A stretch of DNA of 64,000 bases from the human T2T-CHM13v2.0 reference genome, Homo sapiens: the NCBI RefSeq assembly GCF_009914755.1, contig NC_060926.1; one strand, given 5' to 3'. A model generated the notes under the pieces. It saw nothing but the letters and a program-made list of their open reading frames with translations. It searched no databases and was not told the DNA's origin. Below are positions 60,821 to 64,000 of the stretch, piece after piece. Every line of letters begins with the position of its first letter. Within the stretch, counting starts at the first letter, position 1. Position numbers and translations under genes: made by a program.

Positions 60821-61874
60821 AAAAGGATAGATCCAGGATTTTTAATCCTCATTACACAGATGAGGAAACTGAGGCATGAAGTTACTTGTTCAAAGTCCCA
60901 CTTACAGTATGTAAGTGGCCTAGGAGTCAAACTCAAGGATTTGAAGTCTGAAGCCAAAGCTGGTTGCCTTTCACCTCCCCTGGCTGCCACTGGATGTACA
61001 GCCCTTCGGTAGGCTCCAAACTGCCGAAGGAGACCCAGGACAGGCTGGGAGAGGAGCCCAGAATCACAGCAGAGCATGTGGCTGGTCTGTCCGTTGCTGG
61101 ACAGACCCTGGTAGGTACAATTACAGCCCATGACCCCCGAGCCCAGCAACTGATGGGTCACTGGATCCCTATTCCCCAGTGGAAGGACAGACACCACAGA
61201 AGCAGGGCTGGGAGTTCATCTTAGACTCTGACGAGAAGCACCCGGCAAGCAGGGGCTTATTCATGAGGAGCTAGAGCAGGACTCACAGACCTGGCCCTGA
61301 ACCCAGCCTCTGGCCGTGCCAGCTGTGAGACCTCAGGCCAGTCACCGAGCCTCTGTCTTCTTATGAACGGAGGACAGCTTGGGGCTGTTGTCCTGCCTGC
61401 CTCTGAGGGTTGGAAATAAATGAAATGCTGTCCAAAAAAGCACACTGTAAACTGTATGGCCATGTACACAGGTAAATACTGTCCCTGTGTCTCATATCAC
61501 AGGGTTGTTACTGGAGGTAAATTAAATCTCAAGGAGAAGGATCAGAACAGGTTCCATACACACCAAGGCTGCACAGCTTCCAACAAACACAATCTGACCT
61601 GGTGAGCCCTTCATTTTGGCTGTGGAGCAAAGGGAGACATTGCAGGCCAGGGCAGAGATGCAGGAGTTGGGAGGCACAGAGAGGACACAGACCTGGGTAG
61701 GCAGAGGGGGCCAGAGGGCATGTGTGTGTGCCCAAGAGGAGCCAGCTTACTGAGCACCTCATGTTTAAAATCCTGCCTGCACTTGCAGCTCAGGCTCCGT
61801 GGCCCCATAATGGCCTTCTCCAACACTGATGAAATGAACTTCGACTTTTTGACTTCGCTCCTGGACCACTCTTA

Positions 61875-62340
<466 letters not shown>

Positions 62341-63539
62341 TCACTTCTTGGGGGAGTTAATAAGAACCAATAATGCCAGTTTATTGAGCTGTGCCTGGCA
62401 TGGCGCATACATTATCTCATTTGATCCTCACCAAATCCTGTGGGGGAGATACTGTTTTGCACCTACTTTACCCATGAGGAAAGAGAGACTCAGGAGGGTT
62501 AAAGATGTGCTCAAGGTCACACAGTGATCCAGATTAAAACCCAGCTTGTGGGACCCCAAAACCTGACTTTGAACCACTGAATTGAAGAAACCTGCAATCC
62601 TCTCCCTGATGGTGGTTATGTGCTCACGAGCACACAGTGGGGCTGCAAGTACACAGGTGCCCGAAGCCCTTCCGGGAAAACCCAGAAGCGACTCCTGTAA
62701 GAGCAAGGCCTGGGCTGTGAGTGTGCATTTCCTCTCCTGGCTGAGACACACCCCGGCTCTTCCCGGGGCCCACTTGCTTTTTGTCCCCTAGGAACTGAAT
62801 ACTCCGGGCTGTGGCCAAGGCCCTGCTGTGTGCTGGACATGGAGCCAGGCCTCACTGCATGTTCCCCTCGGTAACCCAGGAATTCCATTCTCAGAGGGAC
62901 CTGATGTTTCTAGATCCATCAGTAATGACTTTAGTGCTCTGAACGGCCTGGGCTGTTTCTATTTATGATGTTGCACTCACTGGGCCAGAACCCCCGGCGG
63001 GCAGGCCTTGTCACCCCCTGGCAAGATGACCAGCTTTGGGCTTTTTGGGCACGAGAGCAAATCGACCAGTTTGGGTAGTTTTCCGGGTGTGTGGAGGCTT
63101 CTTCCAAAAGGCAGTCTGGCTGGGCTTATTCAGAAGGACAATCCAGATGCCCCATCCAACTCCAACAACCCAACCTCCAGGCTGCTTCCTAGGGAGCCAC
63201 GCTACCCATGACACCCAACACCAGCGACATCAGGGAGAACGGGAGCCAGAGGGATCACCCTGCCCTAGCCCTCCGAGAACTGAGAACGCCCGATGTTTGT
63301 CTGATTGTACTACAAACACTTCCCCGGAAGTAATAAAAATGTGTCCACAGGACCCATGGCCTGGCCAACCTTCCTCCGAGCACATCCTGCGGGGACCCTG
63401 GGCAGGGACCTGTTTCCTTCCCCTGGTGACCTCCAGCGACCCTCTCTTTCCTTCCCTCACTCGCTCCCCTTTTCACTGCCTCCCCTTCTCCTGCGTCCAG
63501 GCTTTTGAGGGGAGGTGGCCTCAGTCCAGGGGCTCTCCG

Positions 63540-63960
63540 GTCCCCCGGGGTAATGCGATATGGGGGTATTTTATTTCCACCCTTAGGGACCGTGCCTGCC
63601 AAGCTGCCTCCCGGGCGCCCCGCCACCGCGGGCTCGACGCTGCACCCTGCCAGGACCAGGGCCAGGACAGCCACTTATCACCTCCCCGCTCAGGCCCCGG
63701 GAGCGCAGACCCTTGGGTAGCCCGCGCGCCGCCGCCTTACCTGTCAGCTGCGCGGCCAAGAGGAGCCACAGCCGCGGCCGCATCGTGGCGCGCCCGGGAC
63801 ACCTGGCCCCGGGGGCTCGGCGGAGACAGTCGCGGCTGGGGTGGGTGAGGAGCTGGCCGGGCGGGGCGCCTGGGTCGGGGAGCTGGGGGGGCAGTGGGGA
63901 GGGCGGGACCGGGCGCGGTGGCGGCGGGAGTCTGGTGTTGGGGACCGCGAGGTCTCCGCC
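63540..63960 (-). promoter_or_regulatory. CD8B: CD8B CpG-island promoter, TATA-less, with GC boxes and G4-prone G-runs
   Basis: Dense CpG around exon 1. GGGCGG boxes near 63860 and 63901. Many GGG runs at 63838-63915 on the + strand. Confidence 0.85.
63741..63783 (-). CDS. CD8B: CD8 beta chain exon 1 (signal peptide MRPRLWLLLAAQLT)
   Basis: ATG at 63783. Translation matches the CD8B leader. Donor G|GTAAGG after 63741. 43 nt, phase 1. Confidence 0.98.
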
Positions 63961-64000
63961 CTCATCCTCCTAGCATTGCAAAGGTCTGGGCTGCGTTTCC

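Noticed and set aside
63036-63848. 270-aa plus-strand ORF antisense to CD8B exon 1
   Set aside because: Non-ATG start, stop-poor GC-rich island, no recognisable domain.

Overview
Human genomic DNA at the CD8 co-receptor locus (2p11.2), recognised from the encoded protein. The minus strand carries the whole CD8B gene. Shared coding exons 1-5 run from 63783 down to 46828. Four alternative C-terminal exons or acceptors give open frames of 210, 246, 221 and 243 aa, matching the known M1-M4 tails. Further left are a CpG island and three probable non-coding exons of the distal-promoter CD8A transcript; the CD8A coding exons lie outside the window. The rest is repeat-dense: more than 40 Alu copies or fragments, L1 remnants, a near full-length Tigger1, three solo LTRs and MITEs. 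No CRISPR, tRNA or rRNA genes were seen, and I cannot claim a new multi-gene system. The most unusual structures are: (1) a ~430-500 bp inverted duplication pasted into the middle of an AluJ, which could form a long hairpin in the CD8A pre-mRNA; (2) a ~1 kb CpG-rich segment with poly(A) signal, A-tail and candidate TSD; (3) a 91-bp direct repeat bracketing the main CD8B terminal exon; (4) an apparently L1-derived coding exon; (5) a MITE hairpin extended by (CA)n/(TG)n; (6) a 56/71-bp higher-order repeat in an LTR. Alignments and mismatch counts were done by eye, repeat subfamily names are from memory, and most repeat boundaries are approximate.
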